A stretch of DNA of 64,000 nt. Origin: Zancudomyces culisetae HAW-14-8 (taxonomy: Eukaryota > Fungi > Kickxellomycota). Positions within the stretch are counted from its first letter, which is position 1; every line of letters starts with the position of its first letter. Below are positions 1 through 13,632 of this stretch, piece by piece. The notes beneath the pieces were generated by a model. It was given only the letters and a program-made list of their open reading frames with translations, searched no databases and was not told the origin of the DNA. The translations under genes and the position numbers were made by a program. Location of the stretch: contig JBNJNM010000006.1 of NCBI GenBank assembly GCA_052426225.1, positions 1,674,001 through 1,738,000 on the forward strand, given 5' to 3'.

Positions 1-766
1 ACTGTACCATCACATTAGTGTGCAGGAATCCGACAAGCCCAACAATAACGAGCTGGCTCTAGGCCGGCTTCTGATGGTACGCAATCAAAAGTTTTCGGAT
101 CTTGATGAATTGCTAGGTGTATATCTGGACCCATTGATTCGGAAGTTTGAGGAGGCGAGACGTTATCCCAAGTTTTACAATCCCGATACAGATCCTTCAT
201 ACCGCCATCAATCGTTTTCACACCCAGAGCAACCGGCTGATCCTGATCCTTCCGATCCAAACGAGTCTGCACAAGCAATGCAGGACCGTTTGGCTCGCCA
301 CGCTAAGCGGTATGTGTCACGAATTGAGCGGCATCTAGACAATGCAAGTCGGGCAACTGGAACTGGCAGTTATTTGCTAGCCTTGGATTATGAAAACCCT
401 GGGTGTTTGGCCATCCATTTCAAACCCAATCCCAAAGCTGCGCTTGTCAAAAAATGGGTTATAAAAGTTCGTCCTAATGAGTTTTGCCTGGGTGATCGTG
501 GTAGATATCCAAATGTTGGTACTCTAATCAATGGATTCAAAACTATTGCTGCTAATATTTCTTCTGCAAACCAAAACTCTGCTCCTACTAGACCTTTCCA
601 ACAACTTTCTTCTCATTATAATCATCCACCACCACCTCCTCCTCCACCTTCTCAACATCAACAGCAACATCAACAGCACCATCATAATTACCATCATCAA
701 CCACCGCCACCGCCACCTCCTCATACTGCACCTTATCCTTCTTATTACCACCACCACCAACAATAA
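1..766 (+). CDS. SPT6: Transcription elongation factor Spt6, C-terminal tandem SH2 region plus P/H/Q-rich tail (5'-partial)
   Basis: LGRLLMVRNQKFSDLDELL and YLLALDYENPGCLAIHFK...YPNVGTLINGFK resemble the Spt6 tandem SH2 domain; the frame is open to the window edge. Confidence 0.85.
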   Translation, partial: LYHHISVQESDKPNNNELALGRLLMVRNQKFSDLDELLGVYLDPLIRKFEEARRYPKFYNPDTDPSYRHQSFSHPEQPADPDPSDPNESAQAMQDRLARHAKRYVSRIERHLDNASRATGTGSYLLALDYENPGCLAIHFKPNPKAALVKKWVIKVRPNEFCLGDRGRYPNVGTLINGFKTIAANISSANQNSAPTRPFQQLSSHYNHPPPPPPPPSQHQQQHQQHHHNYHHQPPPPPPPHTAPYPSYYHHHQQ

Positions 767-854
767 AATCTATTTCTCACCCCCCTCCCTTTCCCATTCC
801 ATTTCATTCCTTCCTTTCTTTTTTTCTATCTTTATTTATTTACACAATTATTCT

Positions 855-2072
855 TTATTTATAAAATAAATATATAGGTCTATCATATCCTTTATTACTA
901 CTAGTTTGGTTTAACACCTTGAATTTCTTGAAACCAATCTCACTACTAACTAAAATCTTTGGAAAATCTTCGGGTCTGATTTTTAGTTGATGGTAATTTT
1001 GGCGCAACTCTGAATTGGTTTTGCTAGCTTTATAATACCCTTTCCAATCTTGTGGTTCAAAAATAAAGTATCCACTACTACCACCAATATCGGTGCTTTC
1101 CTTTAGACTATTATACACTTTTTTAAAAAACTTTATTATCCCTTCATCCAGATTGTTCAGGTGAATCCACTTGCTAACATTGAGTGCCATTATAACATCA
1201 TACTTGTCTTTGCTACCTTGTTCATCACCTTCCCCTCCATTTCCAGAAACATCTGCTTCTTGATTATTGGTGTTGTCTAGCCATGTAGTGTCGTCATTAA
1301 CCCAATCGGCTGCATATAGAAACACGCGATCCGCCAACGAATTGTTTGTTGAATTTTGGCCGTGTTGGTGCGGAATGGTGCCAAACAATATTGGCATAGA
1401 AATTGGATAGTGCTCATCTTCATAGCACCTCTTTTCATCACGTTCCCACTCCCTATCCTGTTCTTGTTCATTTTTACTAACAGCACTTTTTTTTTGGTTT
1501 ATTAGCGGCCGAGTTAATGAATTCTCAAAATACAGATTTTGTCTAGCAGTACGAATCAGGCTATTATCGATATCCACACCAATAATCCGTTGTATATTGG
1601 TACGTTTGGCCAGTTCGATCGCTACTGCGGCGGTATTACAACCGATATCCAAGACCTTTGCTATTTTATTCGCAAACAATTTGTTGTTGGAGCATCCGGT
1701 ATTGCTAGACTGCGGAGTTGTTGTGACTCGAATGTTTAGCAGTGTTTCTATCCTGGGATCACTGCTAGTTGTACAGTTTTCTAATATATTCTGGTCTAAT
1801 TCTTTATTTAAATCCAAATTTAAATCTAAATCCGAATCCAAATCCATCCTGGTCTGCAATGAAGGTTGAGCTTGTTCTTGATTGTCCCGTGTCTTGTTTT
1901 CACCTATACCGCCTGTACTCGGACCTCGCTTTCCAGGATTCAGCGTTTTGAATGCAGCCTTTCTCTTGCTGTAGTAATTTGGATAGTTTCCATACCGATA
2001 CTCCTCCGCACGTTGCGTGCCTTTTTTCTTTTGTTTGTCCCTACGATTGCTCCCATGGCCATTTTTTGGCAT
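855..2072 (-). CDS. Bin3/MePCE/Bmc1-family RNA methylphosphate capping methyltransferase
   Basis: YGNYPNYY, SAM motif VLDIGCN, GVDIDNSLI, KWIHLN.LDEG, FIFEPQDW.GY and terminal GYDRPIY are Bin3-family hallmarks. Confidence 0.92.
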   Translation of the reverse strand: MPKNGHGSNRRDKQKKKGTQRAEEYRYGNYPNYYSKRKAAFKTLNPGKRGPSTGGIGENKTRDNQEQAQPSLQTRMDLDSDLDLNLDLNKELDQNILENCTTSSDPRIETLLNIRVTTTPQSSNTGCSNNKLFANKIAKVLDIGCNTAAVAIELAKRTNIQRIIGVDIDNSLIRTARQNLYFENSLTRPLINQKKSAVSKNEQEQDREWERDEKRCYEDEHYPISMPILFGTIPHQHGQNSTNNSLADRVFLYAADWVNDDTTWLDNTNNQEADVSGNGGEGDEQGSKDKYDVIMALNVSKWIHLNNLDEGIIKFFKKVYNSLKESTDIGGSSGYFIFEPQDWKGYYKASKTNSELRQNYHQLKIRPEDFPKILVSSEIGFKKFKVLNQTSSNKGYDRPIYLFYK

Positions 2073-3302
2073 TTTTTGCTTTTCTTTATTGTTTTCTTCC
2101 TAGCTTTTTTTGTTTATTTACAATGTAGCTTTATTCATAGCATGTAATTATTGACGAGTGATCTTTGTAATTCACCCAAACTCTATTATTTTAGATTCCT
2201 GGAGGTGAGATGGGTGGAGTCAGCGGGAGTTACTTGGGAGGAGAAAAATAAAGCTTGGAAAAAAATAGTGGGCTATATTTTCAGCATTTTCAGTATTTGC
2301 AGTATTTTCAGCATTTTTTATTGCTTCATAAAGTGGTTTAAGAAATTTCACGACTGAAGATTTGTTTATTTGTTTATATTTTTTTTTCCCCTTTTTGAAA
2401 TCAAAACCAATTTATTTTTGCTCGCAGTTTATCAAATATGCGTTTATATGACTAAAGATTAGAACAAAATTACAAAATATAATCACAAGTTTACGTATAT
2501 AGGCACTAAATCTTTTTTGTTTTACAAAGCCTCCCTGCTTCTTTGGATTAATTCTCCTTAATTTTACCATTAAACTTTAATCATTCGCCTCCTTACAATC
2601 TAACTTACCAGTCACCATTCAACCACTCATCACTCATCATTCATCACTCATCACTCTCCTTCCACATCATCGCTGGTTTCCTTTTAATTTCCCCATTAAA
2701 TAGTTAAATTTGCAACTGATTAAATTAACTACAGGGGATAAATAAATCTCAACATTGTAGACTGCTTCAAGTTTTTCACTGATGGTCGCCCTTTTTTTTT
2801 TCCTTGTTTTTTCTTTTTCCTTTATTCATGATTATTATTCGATCAACTAAACACTTATAACAAACACCCCGAGCGCTAATAAATCTACGACTACTCTAAC
2901 CACAATTAAAAAAAAAGACGAAAAAGAGTAAAGAATAATAAGGGATATCTTAAAACACAAAATAGTACTTTCTAAAACACTAGTTCTGCAAGACTGCTTG
3001 GATTTGTTTCCCACCAATTTTTTTTTTGAACCAGTTGTTTTCGTTTTACAAGATATTGGAAATATACTACAGAAGGTTTATTTTTACACTTTCTTGACTT
3101 TTTTTTCTTCATATTGTCAAACCTAAACTGGTACCAGCAAAATCATTTTAGTGTCTTAATATTGTAAATTACTTTTACTCCTTTCTTTTTTACTAACACT
3201 CAAATCTCCTGTATACATAGTCAAAGCCAAAATTTAATCGATAGATAGACGACTGAAATAGTGAAAAATACCAATCAAAGAATTCGTATTGCACAAAACA
3301 CA

Positions 3303-6300
3303 ATGTCGGTGTCCTATGCCAACTATTCAGCATCAAAAAACCACCAGATTCATGTCTTAAAACCAGGACGATACCAATATGATTACAGCGCCCCGGAGCC
3401 GGTAAAAGTGGTGAATACACCACCAAGAGTTCAAATGTCCAAGCCCAAAAGCAGGATACTGTCGTACACAATTCCTCTAGATTCGTACACACAACTCGGA
3501 CAACAATCTCAGTCGCCCCTTTCATCTGGAACCCACACAACTCATCCAGAAAACTCGACCAATGAGGGTCATGTACTGGGTGTCAACTCAATCTTTGTTT
3601 CCGATATCCCCCAGGATATCAATCTAAACGAACAATGTGGAATCGACGACAACACATGCTTCGAAAATTTGATGTTTACCGCCGGCCGCGATGGTGCTGT
3701 GAAAATGTGGGGTCTTGGAAAAGACTATGAAAACAAAAAGGTAATTGCATTTATATACTCACACGTTTTACACGGTAACTATATCTGGTATCTCTATCTT
3801 CAAGTTAAAATTTTTCTACTAAATATATGATATAGAAAATTAAATGTCTCCAAAAATCATCGCACCATGTTGATTGGGTGAATAGCGTGCTGGCTATCGA
3901 TGGAGGTAGAAAAGGTAGCGTCGTTTTCCTTAACTGTATTTCAACATATCTCGTACTATTATTGAAACTCTGTATTTACATATTTAAAAAAAAAATCATC
4001 AAAATATAGTTATATCTGGTTCCTCTGATTCTGGAATCAGGTTGTGGACGCCATTCGATAACGAAGGAAGCAGTACAATTAGTCACATCGGATCACACGA
4101 AGACTACATAAAGACGCTGAAATTCTGTGAAGATTCACAAAGGCTCATAAGTGGTGGGTTGGACTCGTACATTCATGTATGGGATGTAAACAGAGACGGA
4201 AAAATGAACCAGACGGGGAATCCAGTCCAGAGTTTGGGCTTAGATAGTTCTATATATGCACTTGACTGTAATTGTGCAGGAACTGTTGTTGCATATGCAA
4301 CAACCGATAAGACTGTTGGATTATGGGATTTAAGATCTAAAGCGAGTACAGGAACCTTGGTAGGCCATACTGATCGCGTCAACACGGTTTTGTTGTCTAA
4401 AGATGGTGAGCTTCTTTTAACCGGTTCTTCCGACAAATCAGTCAAGTTATGGTCTATCAAAAACAAACGATGTATTGCCACATACTCTCTGCACGCCTCT
4501 TCAGTTTGGTCCCTGATGTCCTTGGACCCTCGGTTAGAGGTGTTTTATTCTGGAGATAAGGAGGGTAATATAATGAAAACAAAGACATTTGAGGAATTAG
4601 ATATAAGCCTGGCGCTTGGTAAAGAAAAATACGGAGTATTGCAAATAGCTTCTCAAGGTGACTGTGTCTGGACGGCAACTAATGGACCCGAGTTAAACTG
4701 TTGGCGAGATTCAAATGATATTAATCGTTTGGAAGCACATGGTACAGGTATTCACACTGAAATATACAAAGAACCGTCAGCCGCTTTTGAAAAGCCAGAC
4801 GTATACAATGTTCCTGAAGATGAAGAAGCAGACATAAAGGAGAACGAAGTGGTGGATAGTAAATCTGGTAAATCTGAACCAGAGCTAGACGCAAAATCAG
4901 AGACAAAATCACAGGTAATTGGTACTCCAGAACATCGGGATGGCACAAAGCCAATACTCTCAATTCACGGGCCTCCGGGTATTCGCAAGTATGTTATGCT
5001 GCAGAACAAACGACAAGTGCTGGCTGTTGATGCTAAGGGTGTGATATCATTGTGGGATTTGATAGAAGCTAGATGTATCAAAATCTTTGGAAGTCAATGG
5101 GGAGCTGACCTCGATCTTTTGGCTGATTCCTTGAACCAACCAGTCCAAAGGCTTCCAACGTGGTGTACTCTAGATACCAAGCTTGGAAGGCTCACTGTTT
5201 CCATCAATTTAAGCAAGAATACCAATGTAGATACTGAGGTTTATCTGGATCAACTGGATAATATCGACCATGAGGCAAAAGAGAAAATGCTAAATGCTGG
5301 GTACGAACGCATATATCTTCTTCCCTGGGTCATCAAATGCCTGTTTAACAACTGCGTGTTTCAAAAAAACAGTATTGAAACCGTATCTTCGTTAAGTGAA
5401 TGGGTATTGAAAAATCCACTAGGTGATCAAAGCACTGTTTCTGAGATCCAGAAAGCCTACACAGGCTCATCGTTGTATCCACACCTGTTTGATTATACTG
5501 TTGATTTGGCGACTGTGCCCACCGAGGCCCAGTTGGCTCTAATCACGGAAGCACAGGCTGCCAAAACACAGAACAGCAGCGAATCGAGCGAGGGAAAAGG
5601 CAGTGCTAAATCCTTTTTCTCCAAGATTTTTGGGTTCAAGCAAAAGAAAAAAGTGCAAAAGCAAACCTCTCCTCCAAACCACAACGGGAATGCAGCCAAG
5701 CAACCAGGCTTTGCGGATACATTTGGTAAAAAAAGCGCGTCACCGACCGCTACTGCATCTAAAAACATAAAAGGAACAGCCGCACCTCAAGGTAACAGTT
5801 TGAATACAAATACAAATGCAAATACTAGTGTAAATACGGACGCAAATGCAGATGCGGATACTTATGTGGTTTTACCTAGTAATCAAAATTCGTCATTGCA
5901 CAGATCGGAAAAACCAGTTTATAAAAATATTGTTGAACTTGAAATGATTGAGCGTGTTGCTAGGTCCATATGCGAACCCCAAAATCCACCTTATGCTTTG
6001 AATTCGGCACACTCCCCCACTACTAGAGCCATTGCAATGTATCCAATCCATCCAATGCCACAAAATATCGAAATTGCTGTTTACCAAACATACACTCTGA
6101 ACTCAGTAATTCCCAAGTGTATCTACTTTGCCCCCCTCTCAAATCTCACCACCAAACTGCCCATATTTGCAAAACATATTGTATCTGACAGCCCCTACTT
6201 TACTTTGGCCTTGAGTTTGTCTTCATGGACACACGAAATTCTTCTCCACAACAGACTTTCGTACTTCTTTACTCCCTCGCCAAAGCTGAATTTTACATTG

Positions 6301-7179
6301 AGACCATATCCCTCACCACTCCAACTTCCAGTGCTGGATCACAAATACAACGTGTTATCTTCTCACCAGATGCTTAGAGTCTTAAAAGTTTCCGAGTACA
6401 TATTTACTGTCTTGGAACATGCCCCTTTCCCTCTCGCATATTTAACCTCCTTGGCCGCTCATTTATTAGCAGCTGTAAGTGCTGTTATCGAAAACAAAAA
6501 CACCATCACCTCGGAGGACTGTATTACTTTGGATTTGTCTCTGGATCTTGATGACTCCACAACAAAAGAAACGGATGTGAGTTCTACCGATTCAAATGAT
6601 AATAAAGACGAAAACTGCATTTATGAGTTCCTACTAGAGCAACTTGAAAACAAAATTTTACTTGGTGAACGGTTGGCTCTGCGTTCTCTAAGTGATATCA
6701 GTGATTTTCCTTTAACCGCAGTTTTATACAAACACATCAAAGTTACTAAAATCAGCAACTCCAGTTTGAACTCTGCTCCACCTGATGCTTATACCTTGGA
6801 AATACTGGACCACACCAATCTTGTTTCTACCTTGTCATCGTTCTCCTTGTCAAAGAGCCTTAGTACCTTTTACAAAACCTCTATCACTGCTACCGGGTCT
6901 AAAAACACAACCCTAGAACAACAGTCTGTACCACAATCCGGTGTATCTGTGTCAGCAAGCTCGAGCTCATCTGATCCAGTAACACTCTCTGAAGCACACA
7001 AGGCCTGTCTGTACAAAATATCATATCTATTTGTAGACTTTTTTTGTAAGGATCTCTTGATTGAAGATCCGCTGACCACTCTATTGACCATCAAATCACA
7101 TATTTGGAAATCTAATCAAGATATAGTCCTACAGTATAAGTGGAAGCCGTTTATTTCAGATAGAATTAACCGTCGTTGA
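3303..7179 (+). CDS. WDR48/UAF1-like WD40 deubiquitinase cofactor; exons 3303-3740, 3836-3914, 4010-7179
   Basis: GHVLGVN, LMFTAGRDG and HHVDWVN...ISGSSD are joined in frame by GT-AG introns 3741-3835 and 3915-4009. Also HEDYIK, PTWCTLDTKLGRL and the C-terminal TLLTIKSHIWK...DIVLQY. Confidence 0.88.
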
Positions 7180-7522
7180 TTATTACTCTCTGATAGGATT
7201 TTATTCCTAGCCCTTTTCCTATTTTTTCAGATACTCAGCACTTTTATTTTTCACTTTATTATTTGATATCACCAAACCATAAATTAATTACAATCCATCC
7301 CCTTTTTCTTTTTTTGTTCTTTATTTTTTTTGCAAGTTTCGCCCACTTTTTAACTATTTAGCCACAATAGCTGTTGTAAATGTTAAATATTTAGTTGGTT
7401 ACGAAAGGCCATCACACATAAAGCTAATAAACCAAATCTAACTAGTCAGTTGGAACACAAAACAATAATAACAAACACTATAGAAATCACCCCACCTTCC
7501 CTGCCACCTACATTTTTTTATT

Positions 7523-10500
7523 CTAGACAGTTCCCTTCTTTTTTCCAAATATTGTAAATAACTTTTTGAGACCCTTTTTCTTCTTAGGCGCTGTCTTTTC
7601 ATCCACACCATCACCATGTTCGGGTATGTCAACACCACTGGCATAAGCAGGCCTTGTTGTAGTACTCATCTCTTCACCTTCTTCACCTTCTTCCTCACCT
7701 TTTCCTTCCTCTCCCTTTCCTTCTTTTTTTTGTCTGTCATAATCAATAGTAACACCACTTCCATTTCTCGTTTTGTGGCTACCAGACTCATCAATCAGTG
7801 AAGACGGCTCTTCATCGTGTGTGTCCCCATCTTTTTCATTTAATGTTAATAGTGTGGCATTATCATCTTCGGTACTGATGTAAGCTTGGCTGTTTCGAGT
7901 GTTTGGGTTTGATCTTCTTGGTATGAACACACCCTCCCCCTCTTCTTCTTGCCTCCCCCTCTCCTCCTCCTCCTTTTCTTCTCTGTGCTTCATTTGAGGA
8001 ACTTCTTGTTCAGCCATTATCATTGAAGGAATATTTTGGGTTTCATTGAGTGTGTTTCTTTTATCACTTTCATCATCACCATCATTTCCTCCATCGGTAT
8101 TATATTCGTTCTTGTTTCCTACTAGCTCCCACCCATTGTTTATGCTTTGTTCCAAAAGATATTCTCCAGAGTCATCTCTTTCATTTTTAAGTTCGTTCTC
8201 TTTCGCACCTGTATCTTCGTTTATGCTTTTCAAAAAATGTGCCCTGTTACTATCTTCCTCCAATTCTGAGATGTTCTCAGGAAGTGATCTTTTTTTATAA
8301 CTGACCTTAGATTTTCTCCTAAAAAGTAATTCTTTAAGTGCATCACCAGCACTTTTTCGCTTATGCCTACCTACCCCGGTACCATCATCAGTCTCGTTTC
8401 TATCACGCTCAGTATTCATGCTAAAATCACTGGAATAGTCTGAGTGTGTATGTGCTCCTGGCATCCTACCATCCATCGAGTCTACTACATCAAGGCGTTT
8501 CTTATTTTCACTATCCCTGTTTGTGAATAAAGATGTAATCATCGACTTTCTTGATGATTTCTTTCTCTTACTTGCTTTACTTTTTCTTTTTCTTTTATTT
8601 TTACTCCCACTATCCACGCTTTTCTCTACATCCTCTTCAATGTTTTCCGCGGTTTCATCAAAACTAGAATCACTACTAAGGTCCAAAAAGCTTGCCTTGT
8701 ATCTAATACCACCAGAAGGCATGTTTTCATGATCCTTACCATTAACACTGTTTGTTCTAGCTGCAGTAGCTTGTGCTACACCATCAACCTCTTTGGGTGC
8801 CCCGATTGGGTAGCCTAGCATCTGGGTGTGCTCGACCTCCTTTGGTACACCTGTATCTATTTTATATAGGTTTTCTTATTTTAATACTAATTTTTGTTAA
8901 CCGATTTTATACTATATAGGTAGTATTGACGCCTTAGTCGTCGATATCACGGTGTCCGTTAGAAATATCCACGCCTTTACCCTTTTCTTTATAATAGGGT
9001 ATAAATGTATTCTCATACTTATGGTTTAAGTATAATGACTGAACAACCCCATTAGTTACACAAAGTTTAAAAGACTCGGTATGTAAATAAACCTACCTGG
9101 AGCTACATCCCTTTGTTCTGCATTAGCGTATTTGGCTATGTCCACCTCGGGTCCGGGGATTTTCTCATTGTCGTTTCTCTCGGGTTCAAGTGCCTTCTCA
9201 CCATTTTTACTATCATCCGAAATGACTTCTCCACCAACATAATTTTCAACAACCCCACCAATAATATCATTTTCGTAACTTTCTTTTGGAGTTTCTACAT
9301 CCTTGGATTCCTCATTGCCTAGTGGCACCAACTCTATCCCATAGCCACTTATTTGCAATACTCTTTGTTTATCATTGCTATCCGTTTTTTCTGTATCTGT
9401 GTGTGTCTTATTGGTGTCTTCGTGGTTGGAATTTTCGTTTGTACTATCCAATGGACCTGCGGTAAGAATATCTCCAAAAACCCGCTCTTCCTTGTTTATA
9501 ACCTGTTCCTCATTTCTTTTGATAGCACTCCCTTCTTTTCGCTTGTTTTTTCTTGGAGTTCTTTGCCTAATAATCTGCTCATCAATTTCCTTGTATACAA
9601 GCTCCTCTGGTTTATTGCTGACATGATATTCACCTGTGGCACCAACATCCAAAACTACCTCATCAATCCACTTTGTTTTATTTACCAACTCTTGCCTCTG
9701 TTTGGCTATTTGCTCACTCAGTAGAAATTTATAACTTTCCACCCCTTGTTTAGACAGGGGGTCGGCATCATGCCCGTAATTATCCTCGTGTACTTCTTCA
9801 AATTCAGAATCTGTAGAACACATCGAACCTCTTTTATTGACTTTTTTGTAATATATAGGACCATTTTTTTTCTCATATTCATCTCTTTGTCTCTCAGAAA
9901 AAAACACTCTTCCTTGGGTTTCATCTCCAACCTCAGTGCTATAAAAGTCGGGCTCAAACTTGCGGGCTTGGGCTCTTTCGTCTTTTGTCTTGGCTGCATT
10001 TTTTGCATTCAAATGATTAACAAGACTGTTTTTCTTCTCTGGAATCAGTAAACTTGGTTTCTTAACGCCGTGCCCATCTTCAGCCTTGTTGTTTTCTGTA
10101 GACTCCATTCCCATAGAGATAAGCTCAAATATTCCCATCAGCTCTTTTTTATTCTCCCTAGAGTTCAGGGCAAGTTTATCTCTTTCTTCTTGTAGCTTTA
10201 CTTTCCTCAACTCTCTTTCCTGTCGCTCCTTGGATACATGTTGCTCCAATGTCTCTTCAGGGCTTGCCAGTTGACCCATTTCATTCAGAAACCCCAGTTT
10301 GTATCCCTGGGTCCCTTTTCCTCCGTCATTTTTCTTCTCGTTGGTTCCCTGTCTTTTAAATCTTGACTTTCGCGAGTCATCCCCTCTTAAAACTGATTTT
10401 TTATAGTCCTTTTTTTGTAGAAAGTCAAGAAAATTCAGAGAATTACCTCCCTCATCAGGAACCACATTATTATCTTCCTCTTCGTCGTCTGACCCTCCAC

Positions 10501-11314
10501 CCAAGAGCTCTGCCAAATTGAGAAGTCTCTTGGGCTTTTTCTTTTCAGTTTCTTTTTTCTCTTGTGCAGCATCTTTTGGCTTGAGATGTTCCACAAACTT
10601 CAAATCAGCTGGATCCTTGCTACTGAGTTTGAAACAAGCCTTAGATCTTGCTCCAGGAATCAGCTTACTTCCAGGCTCATTTTCCCATATTCTTCCTTGT
10701 TTATTTTTAAGTTCTGGTTCAGATCCATAAACTTCATAGTTTTTTACAATATCCTCTAAGTTATCAATATCCAAATCTAAATCTAAACTTAAATCCAAAT
10801 CCGGAACCTCATTTCTACTCCGTGTTGTTGTTGCACCACCATCAACAAGCGAAATTTCCGCATCCCCGATATCATTGTCTATAGAATTAAATGAACATAT
10901 CGAGCCGTATCTATCATATTTTTTTGATAGCTGCTTTTCAAAATTTTCAACATGATCATAATCCACTTTGGATTCTCTTTTATATTTCTTTATTAGCTTT
11001 TTAAAATCCGTCTCATCCTGCTTGGCTAGCTCCCTTTTGCTCTTTTCATATGCATTTTCTTCACTATTTTCCTCCCCAAGCCCAATCTTCTTCATAGTAT
11101 CATGCACCTCTTTATCCCTTGAAATGCTGTATTTGTTCTTTTCCCGCTTTGCACGTGGTTCGTGAACAGCAGTGACCATGTCACCCTGAGCCACATACTT
11201 CATGAGTTTTGGATGCCCCAAAACATTTTTTATCTTTCTCAGCTCTCTCTTTTCTTGTTTAGAATACACAGGATCGCCCAGAGTCAATTCTTTATAATCG
11301 AAATTTTCTATCAT
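7523..11314 (-). CDS. Large charged low-complexity hypothetical protein (~1180 aa); exons 11314-9097 and 8850-7523
   Basis: Two long ORFs are joined in frame (..RDVAP-G-VPKEV..) by a phase-1 GTAGGT...ATACAG intron at 9096-8851. No recognisable domain. Confidence 0.6.
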
Positions 11315-13632
11315 TATTTTTTTTTAACTTTCTGGGTTATCTACAAGCTTTTCTGCATGAACTTCAATAATTTCTAGAGTTAGTAATTGTACACCATTAG
11401 GTTGGCGGTACTGAGTTTTATTTCTATATCTTTTATTGAAAAAAATATCTATACCTAAATGATGAATTCAAACGACAAAAGCAGAATCATTTTAATATAA
11501 TAAGATATCAAAAGCTGTTATTAAAAGAATTATATTTTCCCTTTTTATTTAGGACTCGCAATGTAACGCATTTTGAATTTGCATTTTTCAAAATCGTCAC
11601 CAAACATCTTTCCTCTTCCATAAACATATTTAAACCAGCTGGAGGTAATGTAATATTAGATGGAATAGGGTACCACTAGTTTAATTTGGCTAATTGATTA
11701 CGAGATACATCAACAATAAATGGGTATGATACCACTGGTGCGATACTAGCCATTTGTTTAAACCGATAACACACCTCACCCAAGCTTTGTTTTTATCTAT
11801 TCCTCTCCTCTCCTCTCATGTTTTTCTTCTTTTGGTAAACACATAATTTGTCTCGTAAAAAACAGCGGGTTCTGTAGTGAATCAAGTTGAGTAATCTTAT
11901 TTAAGTTCCAATAGAGTATACCAAAGAGTATTTCTGATTGCTTTTATTTGCAGAACTCTTGCCTTGGTTTTGCGGAATAATCTATTTTTTGCCAAACAAT
12001 TCAGTGCTAATTATACTTACCCACAAATCTCGCATTTACAATTTTATTGATGTATGATCTGTTTGTTTATCAAAGATTTATGCATTCCAGTTTGTCCACC
12101 AACAAAATAATGAAAAAGAAAAGTCTTACTACGTGTAGGCGAATAGATATGTCTATTTTTAGAGAACGAGTATTCGATTAGCCTAAAACAAGGTTATGGA
12201 TAATAAACAAATATTTGGAAATACTGGATTACGAATCACAGGCAAAGGTAGATAAAATAAAGAATGTATAATTCCCAGAATTATTATGGACACTTCAAAA
12301 GCGCGAAGGAGCGAGAGCATATCGATCTATCCGTATTGCAATTTTTGACATTACCAATTATCTTGTTTGACTAATTGTTGCACTTCTCTAACCATCGTGA
12401 TGAGTTATCCAAGACAGCACCGGAACGCACAGTTGCACCAGAAATGTAATCTTTTTTTTATTTTGAACGCAACTTCTGATATTAGGAGATCAAGTATCTA
12501 TCGCTAGTACAGCAAAGAATGGAAAGGGGAAAGTGGGTTAAAGTTAAAATTGAACGATTGTTTATGTGGTATATCCTGAGCTTATTGTGAAAGGATGGCA
12601 CGAAACAAAAATACTCCATACCATTTATGATACACTTTCATTATACAGTATCTGTTATAAAAATGTAAGGATCTGACCCCCAAGTCCCAGTAAGCAGTAG
12701 GTGATCTAATCTATTTGGTCACCATTAAAAAGGGGAAAAGTGTGTTTACTCAGAATCCCCTCCTCCTTCATTTACCAACTCTCAATAACCTATGCTTTTA
12801 GATAGTTGCATGAATTTAAGATCCACCTCAATTTACATGCACTAGCCAATTTTGACGTCAAATGTATTATTTCTCTCTTTCTATCTATCATAATAGTATG
12901 ATATACTAGGTACGACTTCAGAACTAAAATAAATAAATAAAAAAGCGACGTGGTGACCTGAAAATCCACAACAACCGTTTACTTTGATATTAATGCAAAG
13001 GAACGCAAGATGATTTTAATGGCTCGCATTTTTGATACTGTCAATAATTGCTGTTAAATATAAAAAATTAACAATACACTGTCTTGATGAATTGTTATTT
13101 CTTGTAAACAACATAACTTTGAATGGGATTTCATTTAACGATAAATGCGTGTATTGTTAGAAGGAGGAGGGTATTCAAAGTATTTTAATAGAAAGAGGTG
13201 GACGTGTATAGCAAATGGCAACAGTACCATGAATAAGTTTAATAGTGGATAAAATCAAGATGTGCATAAATACTACGCCACGACGGCATCTCATAAAATG
13301 TTAACAGGTTGTTTTTTTTTGTATTTGACACATCCTGCTGTATAATAGATATCCCGAGTTACATGATGCTCTGAAGCAAAATTGTTTTTGTTTGTAACTT
13401 TTTGTTCTAACTATTGCAAAAATCCGATTACTTGATTTTTGCTCCTAACCACTAGAATTTCCCAAAATTAAAAAACCAAACTTAATTATTAGATTATAAA
13501 ACATTTCCCAACAAAAATAAAAAGAGCTCTCTAAAAAGTGTATTGGAAATAATTAAACCAATTTTAGAAAAGCAGTGTAAGAGAAACAATACACATGAAT
13601 CTAAAGTTTTCTTTGCGCTTTTTTCAATAAAA

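Noticed and set aside
147-869. Overlapping hydrophobic or Arg/Trp ORFs at the SPT6 tail
   Set aside because: Shadow frames of the CAY/CCN low-complexity tract.
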